Shown: positions 26,272 to 39,241 of the stretch, piece after piece
How the letters are laid out: every line of letters begins with the position of its first letter
How positions within the stretch are numbered: position 1 is the first letter of the stretch
Assembly: GCA_964200185.2 (NCBI GenBank)
Contig: CAXNAD020000009.1
Location: forward strand, 1 to 51,568
Length of the DNA stretch: 51,568 bases
Origin: Choristocarpus tenellus KU-1152
Taxonomy: Eukaryota > Protista > Phaeophyceae
Direction: 5' to 3'
Notes under the pieces: model-generated
What the model was told of the DNA's origin: nothing
The model's database searches: none
Seen by the model: the letters and a program-made list of their open reading frames with translations, nothing else
Made by a program: the position numbers and the translations under genes

Positions 26272-26424
26272 ACAATGTTTTACAATGTTCTACATTGTTT
26301 TACAATTTTCTACAATGTTTTACAATGTTCTACAGTGTTTTACAATTTTCTACAATGTTTTACAATGTTCTACAGGGTTTTACAATTTTCTACAATGTTT
26401 TACAATGTTCTACAGTGTTTTACA
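26272..26424. repeat. 10-bp tandem repeat TACAATGTT(T/C), ~15 copies
   Basis: Directly visible; variants TACAATTTTC, TACAGTGTTT. Confidence 0.95.
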
Positions 26425-27263
26425 ACAGCAGTACCATTACAATGGTTACACAAGTTGCTTTATACAAGATGCTACAGCCTTTTTTCGCTCCCCTTCATGT
26501 TCAAAATGAGGCATTCAATCTACCCTCACACTTTCCTCAATTTCAGCACCCAGCCGAAAATAATGTCCTAGTTATCCACATTATCCCTGCAAAAAATAAA
26601 TAAATAGAATTTTGAGCCACAAACCTTTTTGCGGTCGGAAGTGTCAAGCCTGGACTCAGCAACTAACATGTAAGTACTGTGCTAGTTGTAAATAAGCAGT
26701 CAATATTGACAACAAAAATAACAGAGTTTCAACTCTACGAGGTTGAGTAACACAACAACATCAACTATAATCTGTTGTATCCAAATAACCAATAACAATT
26801 CATATTAGAAAATTATAGGGACAATTGTTCCATACACAACCTTTAAAACATTAAATAAGTTTATGGATACCCTCTTCTCTTTGCTTACTATGTTCTTTTA
26901 CTGTGCAGAAAGGCAAACAGAATGGGTGGTATGATAGTCCCCAAAACACCTTCTCTCCCTATCAAGGCTCCTAACGGCCATGGGGGCTTTCCTGCATGGT
27001 TGGGCTGTGCACCCCTCAGTACTGAGCAAGGACAAACACAACTGCTTAATTTTGTTCAATTGGTCATCAACAAATTGATGATAATCACAACTGAAAATTT
27101 TCAAACTAAGTCATTGTAACCTCGTTGGAACAGGGTGTCTATAGTACAGAGTATACAATTCGATCAGTCTTCCTCAAACTCGATATATCCCAAACTATGT
27201 TGAACATACTCCAGATTAATTGCATATCAAGAGGGTGGTTATTCACTATCTCTTGCTCTTCAC

Positions 27264-27553
27264 CTCCTTCATGCCTGTTGCAGGTGGCCAAGAGATTCTT
27301 TCTCCCAAAGGCCCCTCACTTGGCTTGGTTGCTGAGCATGTTCTAGTTCCCATCCTGTCAGAAGCTGAAGCAAGGAGCACCTCCAACATGCAACGGTAAC
27401 GCCAGAACTGACCACGGCACAGTTGAGTCAGATGCCCACCAGGATCCAATCCACCTGACAGGTGTTGGTAACTCCTCTTCCCAAGCAACTCTGTATTTGT
27501 ACTTCCTATCTCCACTGATGCGTCCTCTTCATTCTCAAGGTCATCTTGCCACT
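27264..27553 (-). CDS. FANCD2: FANCD2-like exon (EWQDDLENEED...PPATGMKE)
   Basis: ttgcag acceptor, gtga donor, phase 1/0. Confidence 0.7.
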
Positions 27554-28304
27554 CTGCAAATATTCATAACGTATTTTTAGGAGGTTTGGGCCACTTTTTG
27601 GAACAAGAGAAGTATAGAACAAAGTTAATCAATGCACATTTGTACCACAAGTAAGTAGTAGTGAGCTGTGCCCATCGTCTAGGTTTGCATTCATTCTTTC
27701 AGCACTATATTATATTTTAGGAGAGCAGATCAGATCTGAGTTCAATTTGCAAGTCATCTTTTCAAATTGTTTTCCATATACAGGAAAAATCATAGTACAG
27801 ATAGGTCCGGTCTTGACTATGGCAGTCATACAAGAGCAAGGCACAGGTGAATACTTCAAAGCATATACTACCATTGGCACAATCTTGAAAGCTTTAAAAT
27901 GTTACCTTTGGGTCCTAAGAGGGTTGAAAGTGGGATAAAGTGTTAACAAAAGGAGTGGGAAGGAAAAGGGCACAAAGAGCGGACAGGAAATGGAAGGGAA
28001 AATATAGGTCAGGTACTAGACAAGAATAGACCTAAGCAGAAGAATCAGTTTGTCAGCAAGGAATCAGCTTTTATAACACACACATATATATATACATGAA
28101 TCACCTAATACTAAAGGGCTAGCTGAAAAACCCTCTCATAGCATGGGGGAAATGATGTCAATTACAACTATGGTTTTGGCATTGACTACAACACAACCAC
28201 TTTGGTGGAATCCTGTTTGTGGAGATAGCTGGTATCCACCTTTTGCATTTTGAAAGACCCGACTACCCAAAAAATATCAACTAGATTTGTTATGATTTTC
28301 CCAC

Positions 28305-28708
28305 CCTCATCTTCCCACTCAGAGTCGGAGTCTCCATTGAAATCAGCTTGGTCATCATCAACACCACCAGCCTGAATATCAATTTCAGCATGTGCAGCTG
28401 CAGGCCTCCTTGGTAAAGCCCCTTCTACCCTGAGCGATGCCTGTCTCTGTCGCCCTCTCTGTCTCTGCTCCTGCCAATCATTAGACAGTTTGTTCCAGCC
28501 TTCTTGGGTTTCTGCATTTTGGGATCGGTAGTCACTCTCCCTGGCCTCTAGTCTTTGGGTGTGAGTAACTACTTTTGCTTCATCAAAGGCCTTCTCAACC
28601 CCAGTCGAGCCTTGAACACCGGCATCAAAGTTTGATGAAGATTTTGCTTCCTTAATGCCCTGATTTTTCCGCAGAAGGGGGAGAGCAGAGCTAACAGTCG
28701 CAGCTCCA
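28305..28708 (-). CDS. FANCD2: FANCD2-like exon, low-complexity/acidic insert (GAATVSSALPLL...SDSEWEDE)
   Basis: ttccag acceptor, gtggg donor, phase 2/1, open for 404 nt; absent from the ORF track, probably because it has no early start codon. Confidence 0.7.
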
Positions 28709-29091
28709 CTGGAATAGAAACAAATAGAAATTACAGCAACAAAGTGAGTTCAGACCCTGGTCTGCTAGGGTGGAAAGGCATGGATATGGAATAAGCTCCA
28801 CTTGTGACGATATTCAGGAGCCATACATCAAAATAGAAATCTAGGTAGAAGATGACTTCAAAAAATTGTGGATACCTACTTAGAAATATTTTTGAGTGGT
28901 TGATGTGTAGGAATAAGAGAACAAACATGTATCCATTTTTGACAAGGATAGCCTGTACTGAGAAAAGTCACTTGAAAGGGGGATGCCCAATTATCCTGTT
29001 CTTCTAATAGGACGTGATAAATTGTACGTGCACTGAAAGTGTGAAAGAAAGATTAAAAATTCTATAATGCTGAGCTCAATACATGTCTCAC

Positions 29092-29183
29092 CGAAAAAGG
29101 GCGCTGACATCCATCATAGCAATACAAGATGACAGGCTGGTCTGAAGTGGGGACACTTGTCCTTCTTGTTCACTTTCAATGTC
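29092..29183 (-). CDS. FANCD2: FANCD2-like exon (DIESEQEG...VSALF)
   Basis: aag acceptor, gtgag donor, phase 0/2. Confidence 0.65.
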
Positions 29184-31233
29184 CTTTGGAGACACACATT
29201 CCATACAGTAGACAGGCGAGGGGGAGACAATGAAGTAAAGGGTCCTCCAATTAACAATACTCCATACTTTGTATTCCACCAGGTTCCCACACACAATGGA
29301 TTTCGAGCCCACACTCAAAGGCAGCATCAGTTTTCTTATATCACTATGTTGGTTCGGATTGACCTTAGTCATGTCCAACAGGAGATGTTCATATATGTAG
29401 GGTATAAACATTAAAAAGCATGTGACAGCAGTCTTAAGTAGAGAAAATGAAAATGGGCTTATTTTGAATAGATCAGTGAGAGGCCTTCCCATCCCTTGGA
29501 CGCCATTTCAGCTGAAGAATCACTATCGGTATTGAAGGAAAACAAATACACAACAGAGGACAAAGGAGCTGGCACGCCTGAGCAACTTCAAGGCAGCAAA
29601 ATGGTGGCCTATCCTACAGCATCTTCTGCAACAACGTGCAGATAATCATAGAGCTTTGGAAGACATGTACAAGACAGAATATTAACATTGTCATAGATCA
29701 GGACTCAGACCAAGGAAATTCTGACCACGAGTCACATGGCACAAAGGAGCTTTGAGAGGCATGCTGAGATATCCCGTCATCACTTGAAATTATGTGTTCC
29801 TCTCAACCCAAATGCCATGACTACCCATCCAAGGAACGTATGACCACATGTAAGGAGTGATTGTTCGTCAAACACCTCTACCTATAGGCGTAAACCTCAC
29901 TTCAACCTTACAAAATTTTCCAATCCAAATTGTCCTTATAATAGTGACCAAACGAAGTTTATGATAAGATTTTCAATCGGTTCATATCCTCTTGACTCAA
30001 CTGTAGAGTTGTAAATCGAGTCAGCTCAAACCAGTTGATTTGAACATGTCTCTTGTAACCAGCACAACACACAGTGGTTAACTGGTTATTGACCTGAAAT
30101 AATTTCTAAGTTACTATTTGTGTTCTGTGTGAAAATAATATCATTTTGCTGAGTAGTGCAGAGTGAGCCACAAGTGCTTTGTGCGCAAAGCTTCCTGGTG
30201 TGCTGCTGCTGTTGTCACATCACTTGCAACTAGAGCTCAACCATTTGAAGCAGGATACTAACTAAATTGTTGCAGAACTCTTCCTCAGGTTACGGTGCGG
30301 ATCCCTTCTATGAGTACTACCAAAAAAATATTTTTGACCTTGTTTTCCAATCGTTTTCAACCTACATGAATAAAACATTGTAGTTAACTAACCTCTCTAC
30401 TTCATACACCAATTGCGGTATTGTGAATCCAGTTAACTGACCAATTCGATCGTGTGATTTTATCTAATCAAAGAATACTCGAAATGGCAATCAAAGATCT
30501 TAAAATTTATAATCATTTTGTCACACGTTGTGGCATTGCACAACTCACTTAAGCCTTTCTTGCAGCAATCTATGTTTCCCCCCAGCCACCTCATATATGA
30601 AATAACATCTAACTCTCCCAAGTACAATCATTTGAAGGGAAAAATAAGTCCTGAACATAACACATCCATCTGGTGGTCATGCCTCAATTTTCAGTCCATC
30701 AAGGCAGCACGGTGGATACAAACCACTTGTATCATGTGTTTTACTGCCTAGTCCTAGCATTAGCACTCAAATCCAATTCAATTAATGGGAGGCTTATGTC
30801 AGCAAAAGCATCTATGGGAAACTGAAGTAATTAATCCAGAATAGACTCCAGAATAGACTCCAGTGTACCTTTGCCATGCAATGGAAAAAAACGGTACCAT
30901 GCAGACCTCTGGGAATCTCCTTAAATAACTTAGCAATCAGGGATTTACAAATTGCTGCAAAATTGCACATGAACCCAGAATGTGTTACATGTTGAGGCAT
31001 AAAAACAATGAGTTAAAATTTCCTAGTCTGCACTGGAACCTTCCCTCCTTGGAGAAGTCAACACAAAAACATTAGTCTACCTAGAAAAACCCAATCCCTG
31101 ATCCCAGCTGACTTATTATCTACATACAAGGCACACCAAGGGAAGGGGTTGAACAGCACCATATCAATTCATCACTTGGGTTTCATTAAACCTCTCCCTC
31201 TTCCCGCCTCCTTAATCAACATGACTTCCATAC

Positions 31234-31634
31234 CTGTGCAGTTACCATTTCCCTCATTCGGTTGATTTTCTGTGAGACGAATTCCATTGTCTCAGCATGG
31301 GAAACCAATGTCTTTGCTGCCTGTGCTTCCTCAACCTGAAGTCCCCCCCCTACCTGTCTCCCTGCTCCTGCTCTAGTCCCAAAAACCTGTGCCCCTGCTG
31401 ATGATCCCTCCACATAGTCCATGTTTAAGAGGAGAGAGGAGGCATGTGCAAGGTGTTCCTCTGAGGAAGCATTGACAAGTCGGCAAGCCCCCTCCAGTGG
31501 CATGAGGTCTAAACCTTTTCAATCACAGACGTCAGTTACAGTGAGAGAGTCCTCATTAGAGTTAAGGGGTAGGCAGTGAATGGAAAATCCTTGTGGCATG
31601 CTACTCCAGCATAATAATGAAGGTACTCACAGAC
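31234..31634 (-). pseudogene. FANCD2: FANCD2-like exon with two in-frame TGA
   Basis: ctgcag acceptor, gtatgg donor, phase 1/0; reads GL*VPSLL...VCD*KGLDLMPLEG...FVSQKINRMREM. Confidence 0.7.
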
Positions 31635-32978
31635 CTGCAGAAATCTCAAGGGAGGCTTGAAAACTAACATCATGATAAATCTTTTAATGAGAACATGGAG
31701 GAGGTAGGGCATATCAAATGAAAGGTCAATAGGATGTATTGGCCCTAACCCTGAGGATAAGATATCAATTTGGTTTATCCAAAGAAATGCACAAACACAA
31801 ATCATCAAGCAAGTGATGTTCACAACGTAACATTGTTGAGGCATGCTTGAGGTCCCTCCCTTGGCAAGAAAAAAAAAAAAGAGTACTTTTTGCGTTGGGG
31901 GTCTTCAGCACTCAATTTGTTACCATGATCTATACAGGTACAAAACTAAAGGTCCCTGAGATCACAACCTGTCTTTGAAGAAAATACTTCCTATAATCAA
32001 TTTAGGGAGAGACTCCTGACATACTAAACATCAGAGATACATTTACTATGGTATGATCCCCTTGATTCCAATCCCCTTCTCATAGAACTTGTCATACTTT
32101 GAAGTACTATTAAAAGCTGAGCCCTCTCTTGGGAAAGGGTTTATCAATGAAACTCACAGGGCAGCACAACCGTAGCTGTGCCATTGTTCATTTTTCTTGA
32201 AGTATCATGGCACAGACTATACACAATGAGGTGGAACATTGTTCAGAAAGGGAGCTCATCCAGCTCGCATCATGATATTATGGTATACCATGTTGCAAGA
32301 TGTGGTACTCAAATCAGGGCGTAGAATGGCCAATAACATATTTCATGATGGGCAGTTCAGGTCAATTTGGGGTCCACATCTATCAAATAATGTGGTGCGT
32401 AATGAGGCAGATGAGGAGAGGGCAATGAAGAATGGATGTCAATAGGAATACTTTATGGAAGGACTTCCTTGTGTGTCCCATTTAATAATTAAATGTTGAC
32501 ATGTCAATTCTATGTTAACACTACTGCTGCTACTACTGTGATTGAAGTATGCTATTGACATATGTGTGAGTATTCCATGTTCTACTGTACCATGTACTCT
32601 CATACACGGGCACCTGAGAACACCTGAGACTGCTGTATATATATATGTATCTATCTATCAACCAAGGATATTGCCGATTGCCAATGGGGGAGGCAAGCAA
32701 AAATGAGAAGAAAACAGTACAGGATTGACGACAACAAACAGTAACCGATGTCTGTTGTCTGTACTGACATCCTCAATCATAGCTTGGAAATAAGCCTCAC
32801 AGCGAACTAGACACGTACACTTTCATAGTACTCTGGACAACACTACATTTGTCCACACCTTCAGTCGACTTTTCACTAAGGCTATGGATATCACGGGTGC
32901 GATTATATTTTGAACTTGGCTGTTGAAGGACTTATGTCATGCCAAGTACGTTTCGGAACAGAGCAGTACCATATATCA

Positions 32979-33004
32979 ATATATATATATATATATATAT
33001 ATAT
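32979..33004. repeat. (AT)n microsatellite
   Basis: Directly visible. Confidence 0.9.
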
Positions 33005-33467
33005 CTGATGCCATGCATATTTTCATCTCAACCGTTATGGGCAAAACCTAGCATGGAGTGCTTTGGTGGATGGTAAGGTACATTAATAATATTTGATAAG
33101 GTACTGAGATTGTTGCACATTTTGGACATTACTTTCATAACACAATGTCAACACTTCACTAAATGCTATGGACATTACATATATTATGTATGTTTTTGAC
33201 TTGTGTGATACAATATGTAACATATGTATGTTTGGACAAAAACATTATAGTACATATAGCATCTTCAAAGCCCAGTGGTCTAAGGTCAATGTTCCCTTGC
33301 ATATATTTCACATGTTCAAACCCATTTGATACCAGACTTTTTTCAATGAAAAATAAAGTTTCAATGATCCAAAGTCTACGTGATAAGCACTACAATCTGT
33401 CCACCTGTACTATCCTGGGTATTGGAACACCACAAAAACGCAGGATAACAGAAACGAGGTGGCAAGG

Positions 33468-33511
33468 CTTTATTGTAGAGGAAGACTAACTTTATTGTAG
33501 AGGAAGACTAA
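33468..33511. repeat. Perfect 22-bp tandem duplication CTTTATTGTAGAGGAAGACTAA
   Basis: Directly visible. Confidence 0.9.
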
Positions 33512-33930
33512 GGCGAGTCCTCCACCAGACTCTAGGGAGGAGGCAGATCAATACGTGGTAGATGACTGAACCCAAAGTGAGAGAAGCAAGGTATGAATGG
33601 AGGCAGTGCAATAAGTCATAGTGGCATAGTAGTTAGTATGAGAAGTAGTCAGTAGAAAATAAAAATCATAGAAAATACAATACTATTAATCTCAACTGGC
33701 ACGGGCAAGACACAGCCTTGAATGATAAATTTCCAAGATGTGCAGTACTTGGATCTGTTGAAGTATTTCTGCAGGTTTGTAACGATCTTGATGCTTCTTG
33801 GCACTTCCTTAAATGCTCTAGTCACTCTGAAAACATGCACAATTCATAGGAATTGCGATGAAAAATGAATCCAGTTGCAAATCTCCATCAAAAATACTTG
33901 AAGGATGAAACCCCACCCACCCTCTCTTAC

Positions 33931-34620
33931 CTGCCAATAATCCATCCTCCACGTCGCAAATCCACCCCTCCACACAAACCACCATTGCTGCTCTCCTCCC
34001 ACCATCCGAGTCACCTGTACTGACAACACCACTGACCCCTCCTCCACTGCTCCCGGCGTTGCTATAGTCCCTCCCTCTTCTACTTCGCGCTGTAGACAAA
34101 CCACCACCGGAAACTCCTCGTCTCTTCCCACTGCCATATGAGGTAGTGCCAGCGCCATCCAACTCTGCAAGAACACCCTCCATGGCAGAAATGCACACTT
34201 TGGCCCTGGCCCCGAGTTCCAGATGCCGGTGCACTACAGTGTCAAGCAGCAACTTGTCAGAATCAGCTCCTGCCACAGTAGGATATTCAGAATGTTCTGT
34301 GGTAGCACAACCCTTCCCCGTCCCTGGCCCTAGTGCTTGTCTCTGTTCCTCTCTCTGCCTGAGTATCTGTTCTCCGGGCGCCATCATTCCACGCACTACT
34401 CCTGTGTTACCTAATGATCCTGAGTCCATCCCCTCTCCAACTCTCTGTGAACTTGAGTCAGTCACTGTCTGGGTGCAATACCCTGCCCCTAACCCAGATA
34501 ATTGTTCACATGATATATGCTGCCTTTGCAACCGTGAGATGATATGCTGGGCAGTGGCAGACAAAAAGCTGCGGGCAACAATACAGGCCACAGAGGCCTC
34601 AAAGATTTGATGGGTATCTC
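33931..34620 (-). CDS. FANCD2: FANCD2-like long exon (IFEASVACIVARSFLSATAQ...DVEDGLLA)
   Basis: 690 nt open, tag acceptor, gtaag donor, phase 1/1; lies inside ORF 33818-34786. Confidence 0.75.
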
Positions 34621-34976
34621 CTACATTTTTTTCATGTTGTAAGGGGTAAGGTATGGAGGAGGAGGGGTAAGGTACATGGGTAAGGTAAGGTAACGTAAGG
34701 TATGGTGGACAGGATAACAAAAACAACAAAAACAACAAAAACAACACAAATAAAAATTTCTTCCTGAAAGTAGGGACATTGAGCATTATACTTAAGAAGC
34801 TCTATTGTAAAGTCATAACCCCCCCACCCTTCCTCCCCTCACAAGATATCAAGCTGCAAATGGAGCAGTGTCAAATTGAATTTTTGGCTTCATTCATGTT
34901 AGGGGCTAACAAAACATATTGAACCTCCCTCCTCCTGGGTTTGTTTCCTCTCAATGACACAAAATTTGAAATCTAC

Positions 34977-35189
34977 CTTGCCAGGCCCACTCTGCCATTG
35001 GAATGTCCCAAAGGGCGTAACCCCCTTTCTGCTTTCTCCCCCCTGCATCGGCAACAGCTGCCTCAACAGGATAGTTAAATGGCCACAAGGGCATATTCAG
35101 GCTTGCTCGCAGCCAGCCCTCGGTGACTCTGCACGCCTCCCTTCTTGGTCCAGTCACTACCCCCCCCTGCCAACACGCTTGATCAAGCT
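34977..35189 (-). CDS. FANCD2-like exon; acceptor and phase uncertain around a G8 run
   Basis: gtag donor at phase 1 matches the next exon; 5' phase does not match the previous exon (possible homopolymer slip or missed mini-exon). Confidence 0.55.
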
Positions 35190-36329
35190 CTAGAGCATCA
35201 TTGCGCTCCCATAGTGTTAATGAAGCCAGCCATACACGATGAAGGGACTTCGACAGTTCAGCAATGTCCTGTCCTGAAAAATAGAAGGAAGGTCATAGAA
35301 AGAGGTATGGAGGGGTAAAATGCAGGAGGATAGAGTATGTATATATATCAATATGTATCGATTCTTCACACCCAATATACTGTGGTATGGAGCCCCAGGT
35401 CTTTGTATTCCATGCATAATACACACACTTAAACCTATAAGTTTTTTTTGTATGGATATATTACGCAAGACAAGCAGAGTATCTCAAGGGAAAACACGTA
35501 TATTTCAAAGTGCCTCTTCAACTATTGTTCAAATAAATAACGCGTTGTAGGTATGATCAAGGCACAAGTGGTAACCCTAAAACAAACGCTCATGGGGGGT
35601 GTCATCAAAAGAAAGACCTCAATAAACTTTACAGAACTAACCGTCCAAACAATTGTTCGTATAAATAGAGGATTGCTCATATATGTGCTGGGCTCCAGCT
35701 GGTGGCTGTCAAATGAAAAATGTACTTACAGTGGGTATTGATGGGATTGTCCACACTGCTTCAAGTTCTTTTAATATTTGGTGGGAAAATACTGTAAGGC
35801 TTGGATATCACTTGATTGGTGGTAGTTATTGTTCTAGTAGCTTTCGAACAGCAACAGTTACACTTGGAGTTGTAATCCTTTGTATTTACCAGTGCTTCCA
35901 ACAGAACTACGCTACTTAAACATCGATGCAGAGTTGGTAGTAGAGAGTTTTGACTAACTGGCGTGTGTGCGTCTGTGTGTGTGCCTATGCTTTGAAGAAT
36001 TTAATTAGGGTTTACACAGATAACCACAACACACCTACAACCCATCCAAATTATTGTTCCTTATGTTTCTAGTGACCTGCAAAATTTGCACCAAAAAAGA
36101 TGCCGTTTTTCACATTCTGAGTACACTTCCCAGGTATTATGTGACTGATTCATGTTCTCATTCTTGATTTGGCACCTGGGAGGAAGTACCTATGAGGAGG
36201 TGTATTAGTCATTACGTCAGATCAGTCTTCAAAGAGTCGCATTTTCGGGGGGGGTTCATTAAAAAATATAATATTAGCTTAATTCTCCACTCTGTTCAAG
36301 GGTGGTACCAGGTGGTGGCACACACTCAC

Positions 36330-36615
36330 CCAACAAGCACAACTGCATGCAATCTCGTATTCCCTTTCCAGTCTACAAACATGCCCACAAGCAATAGAAA
36401 TGCCTGCGTGACTGCTTCATCACCTTTCTTGCACCACTTTATCGCAAGCTCTCCGACACTCAGAGATAGACTCCTCGCCATGGCTGTATCTTTGTCCACC
36501 AGAGAAACAACAACGCCCCCTCTCATGCCTCCCCCCCCTCCTCCATCTAGTACATCCATTTGCCCCTCCCCTGACCTCTTTTTTCCTCCTTTCTTTTTAG
36601 CGTTACTCTGCTGCC
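36330..36615 (-). CDS. FANCD2: FANCD2-like exon (...SLSLSVGELAIKW...HAVVLV)
   Basis: cacag acceptor, gtgag donor, phase 1/2. Confidence 0.7.
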
Positions 36616-37015
36616 CTGTGTCAAGGGGATGGATGATGTCATTTCATTTAGATCAAAGGAAATACAACATAGTGCTACTGCATAACAGTGGCTACTTAAC
36701 ACCACAAGGAAGAAGAAAACAGGCTAAGGAAAGCAGTTTCTTTGTGTAGACTTTACTTGTCAAACCTACAAGCATGCAACTGATATCTGAAGTCACAATG
36801 GAAAATTCCACACCACTCAGAAGTAGGAGAAGATCAACTCAGTCCTTTCACCCAATACAATACCATGTGGTTCCAAAGACTCTTGCATTTCTCCAAATCC
36901 AACAAAGATCGCCAAACCCGTAAAGGACACAATCCCCACTCTCTCCGGTAAAAAAATCTGTCAGAAAAACATTAGTGTTTGCTAACTTTTGGAGTACATA
37001 CTCTACCAGCCTCAC

Positions 37016-37418
37016 CTCGGTCAGAAACACCATCAATCTCTCCCTTAAAAACCCCAAATCTGGCAAGGTACACCTCTGCTGCTTTTGCCCCTGCCCGCAC
37101 CCATGCCCCTGTGCCATGCCACCCCAATTCTCTCTCCTCCCTCCGCACTCTCCCTCTCCCGATACCACCCATTGATCTTCCCCCATCAACCACAACCATT
37201 CTCCCTCCCCTTGGACCCTTTTGACTGCTGTCAGCACCATCTCCACTCCCTCCTATTTGTGAGTGCTGTGAATGTGAATGCTGTGAATGCTGTGAATGCT
37301 GTGAATGCTGTGAATGCTGTGAATGGTAGTTCCGAGTGGCAACAACAAGCATCTCCAGGGAGAGAGCACTAGTGCCCAGGCCAAGAGGACCTGAGTGTAT
37401 AGATGACAGCAATCTCAC
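37016..37418 (-). CDS. FANCD2: FANCD2-like exon with in-frame (HSQ)n expansion
   Basis: gtag acceptor, gtgag donor, phase 0/1; LLSSIHSG..TSAL resembles LLQLVHSC..ASAL. Confidence 0.7.
37258..37325. repeat. 9-bp tandem repeat TGTGAATGC (encodes HSQ on the minus strand)
   Basis: Directly visible, inside exon 37016-37418. Confidence 0.95.
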
Positions 37419-38388
37419 CTACAACAGTCAGTGTTGTGTCACAAGAGTAAATAGTTTGGATTGTTGAGAGTTCCCCTGGAAAAGGGGGGATAGTGGGGAT
37501 GTGGGTAGGTATGGCCTCCTCTTGAATTTGGTCGATAAAGAAAATGCCAAGAAGCAAGTGGTGTACTATCTCATGAGCATTGGAGGTAGTAGGGAGGAAA
37601 ATGCACTTGCCAAAGTGATAAGGACAATACAAAAGGCAGTATAAAACATGAGGACTACAGCACATGCCAAATATATCTCTCCTTAGCAAAGCCACACATG
37701 ACTGTCCATGGTGTGTTACATCTCATTGATCAATATGTGGGCCATATACACAGCAAAGACGCCAAAGTCTCCATTTTTTTCATCTCACATTCATGTTCTT
37801 TCTTGTGATAAGTAACACGACAAAAGCTTTTGCAACACATGTCACAAGCTCTCCTAAAAGACCCTGTGAAATCACAAGACAAGTTTATCTGCCTGTAACA
37901 TGTGTGTGTCAACTTACATCGTCTGCAAAACAAATAAGAAAATACTACACACCTGTACAATTCAGAGCAACACAGAGAAGCTAGTCATACACAATACACA
38001 CAAGTGATGGACAGCTCAAGCAAGGTCAGCAATGCTTGTCTAGTCAATCAACACACATGCAAACACACAATATTGAAAGTACTGGCTACATTGAGAGGGT
38101 AAAGAAACTTGTAGGGCAAAGGATTCCACTAGACTGATCATGACATTTGGTTTATGGTAGTGATGCAAGTACTGGTTTTGCTACACTTCAATTTTGGCAG
38201 GACTCTATCACCATAGCACTTCAAGTAACAAAATTAATACCTTGAAATAACTCCTATCTGTTGTGGCTGGAACCCTCAAGAATAATGATACGTAAATATA
38301 TGCAAACGGCAATTTCATATCAGGAAATACCATTCAACAGCAGTCGGAAAAAAATCGATTATATGTATACAAAGTATACAGGTCTTAC

Positions 38389-38618
38389 CGCCCAACCAAC
38401 CAGAGCACCAGCATCATCCTTGTCAATGCAGCAACCTTCATTTCCACCACCACCCCCTGCTCGAACTAGTTGTGTTGCCAGGAGGAGCGCCGCCTCTTGC
38501 TGGGCTAAAGGTGTTCCACCACTAGGTCCAGTCTTGCCTTTTCCTGGTCTAGGAACAGGGGGGTGAAGACTCCTCATCCAACCATTTCCTCGCATGAGCA
38601 ACCCTCTACCTATTCCTG
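38389..38618 (-). CDS. FANCD2: FANCD2-like exon (...LAQQEAALLLATQLVRAG...ALVGWA)
   Basis: cag acceptor, gtaag donor, phase 1/0. Confidence 0.7.
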
Positions 38619-39082
38619 CTGTTTTGGTTCAATTAGTGCACAAGGCAGTGACAGAAGGGACGACATAGGTACTGGAGGTTTGGTTTTGAGCCGTCCAAGG
38701 TTAGATTAGGCCAGGTATGCTCTCATCTACAGGAAGAGGCTAAACTTAGAAGGCTATAGTGGAGAAATAATTAGTTGCAGAAATCAAAGTGAGATCATAT
38801 TAGAAAACACAAGAGCATCAGATGACACAACAACATGATGCAATGTGTACTCTCATCTATTTTCTCATGTTTATCTTGAGCTAGGAAAAAAGTGCATCCT
38901 TGCACATTGAACCCAATACCTGCAACTATGGATAATATTTCGTATAATGACAAGGAAATAAAACACATTTAGAAGTACACGTTTATATTATGACAATGCC
39001 CAAACCACCACTCCCACATGTCATGCTTGTATTTCCATGACTTACTTACCCCTGCGTTCCTGAATCAAGAATTAACACAAAC

Positions 39083-39241
39083 CTGTTGCTCCACCACTGC
39101 CCCCAGCCCCTGTAAACCCCACCACAAAGAGTTGCTTGTGGATGTGGTTAAGAAGGGTGTTGGACATGCCAGAGGCATGAGGAGTGAGCAGCGCCAAGCA
39201 TCTTGCAGCTTCACCAAGTAATGTGGGATGTAGACGCAACC
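39083..39241 (-). CDS. FANCD2: FANCD2-like exon containing the K561-equivalent lysine (NHIHKQLF)
   Basis: 159 nt, cag acceptor, gt donor, phase 1/1; AAG codon at 39135-39137. Confidence 0.8.

Noticed and set aside
19190-31634. TGA recoding (Sec/Trp) or RNA editing to rescue the stops
   Set aside because: Contexts fit Arg (CGA), and the same TGA excess occurs in dead TE relics; CpG deamination is simpler.
32230-32470. Gypsy chromodomain remnant
   Set aside because: Too degenerate to support.
33700-33830. Extra exon after donor 33930
   Set aside because: No convincing GT donor, and 33931 joins 31634 directly in phase.
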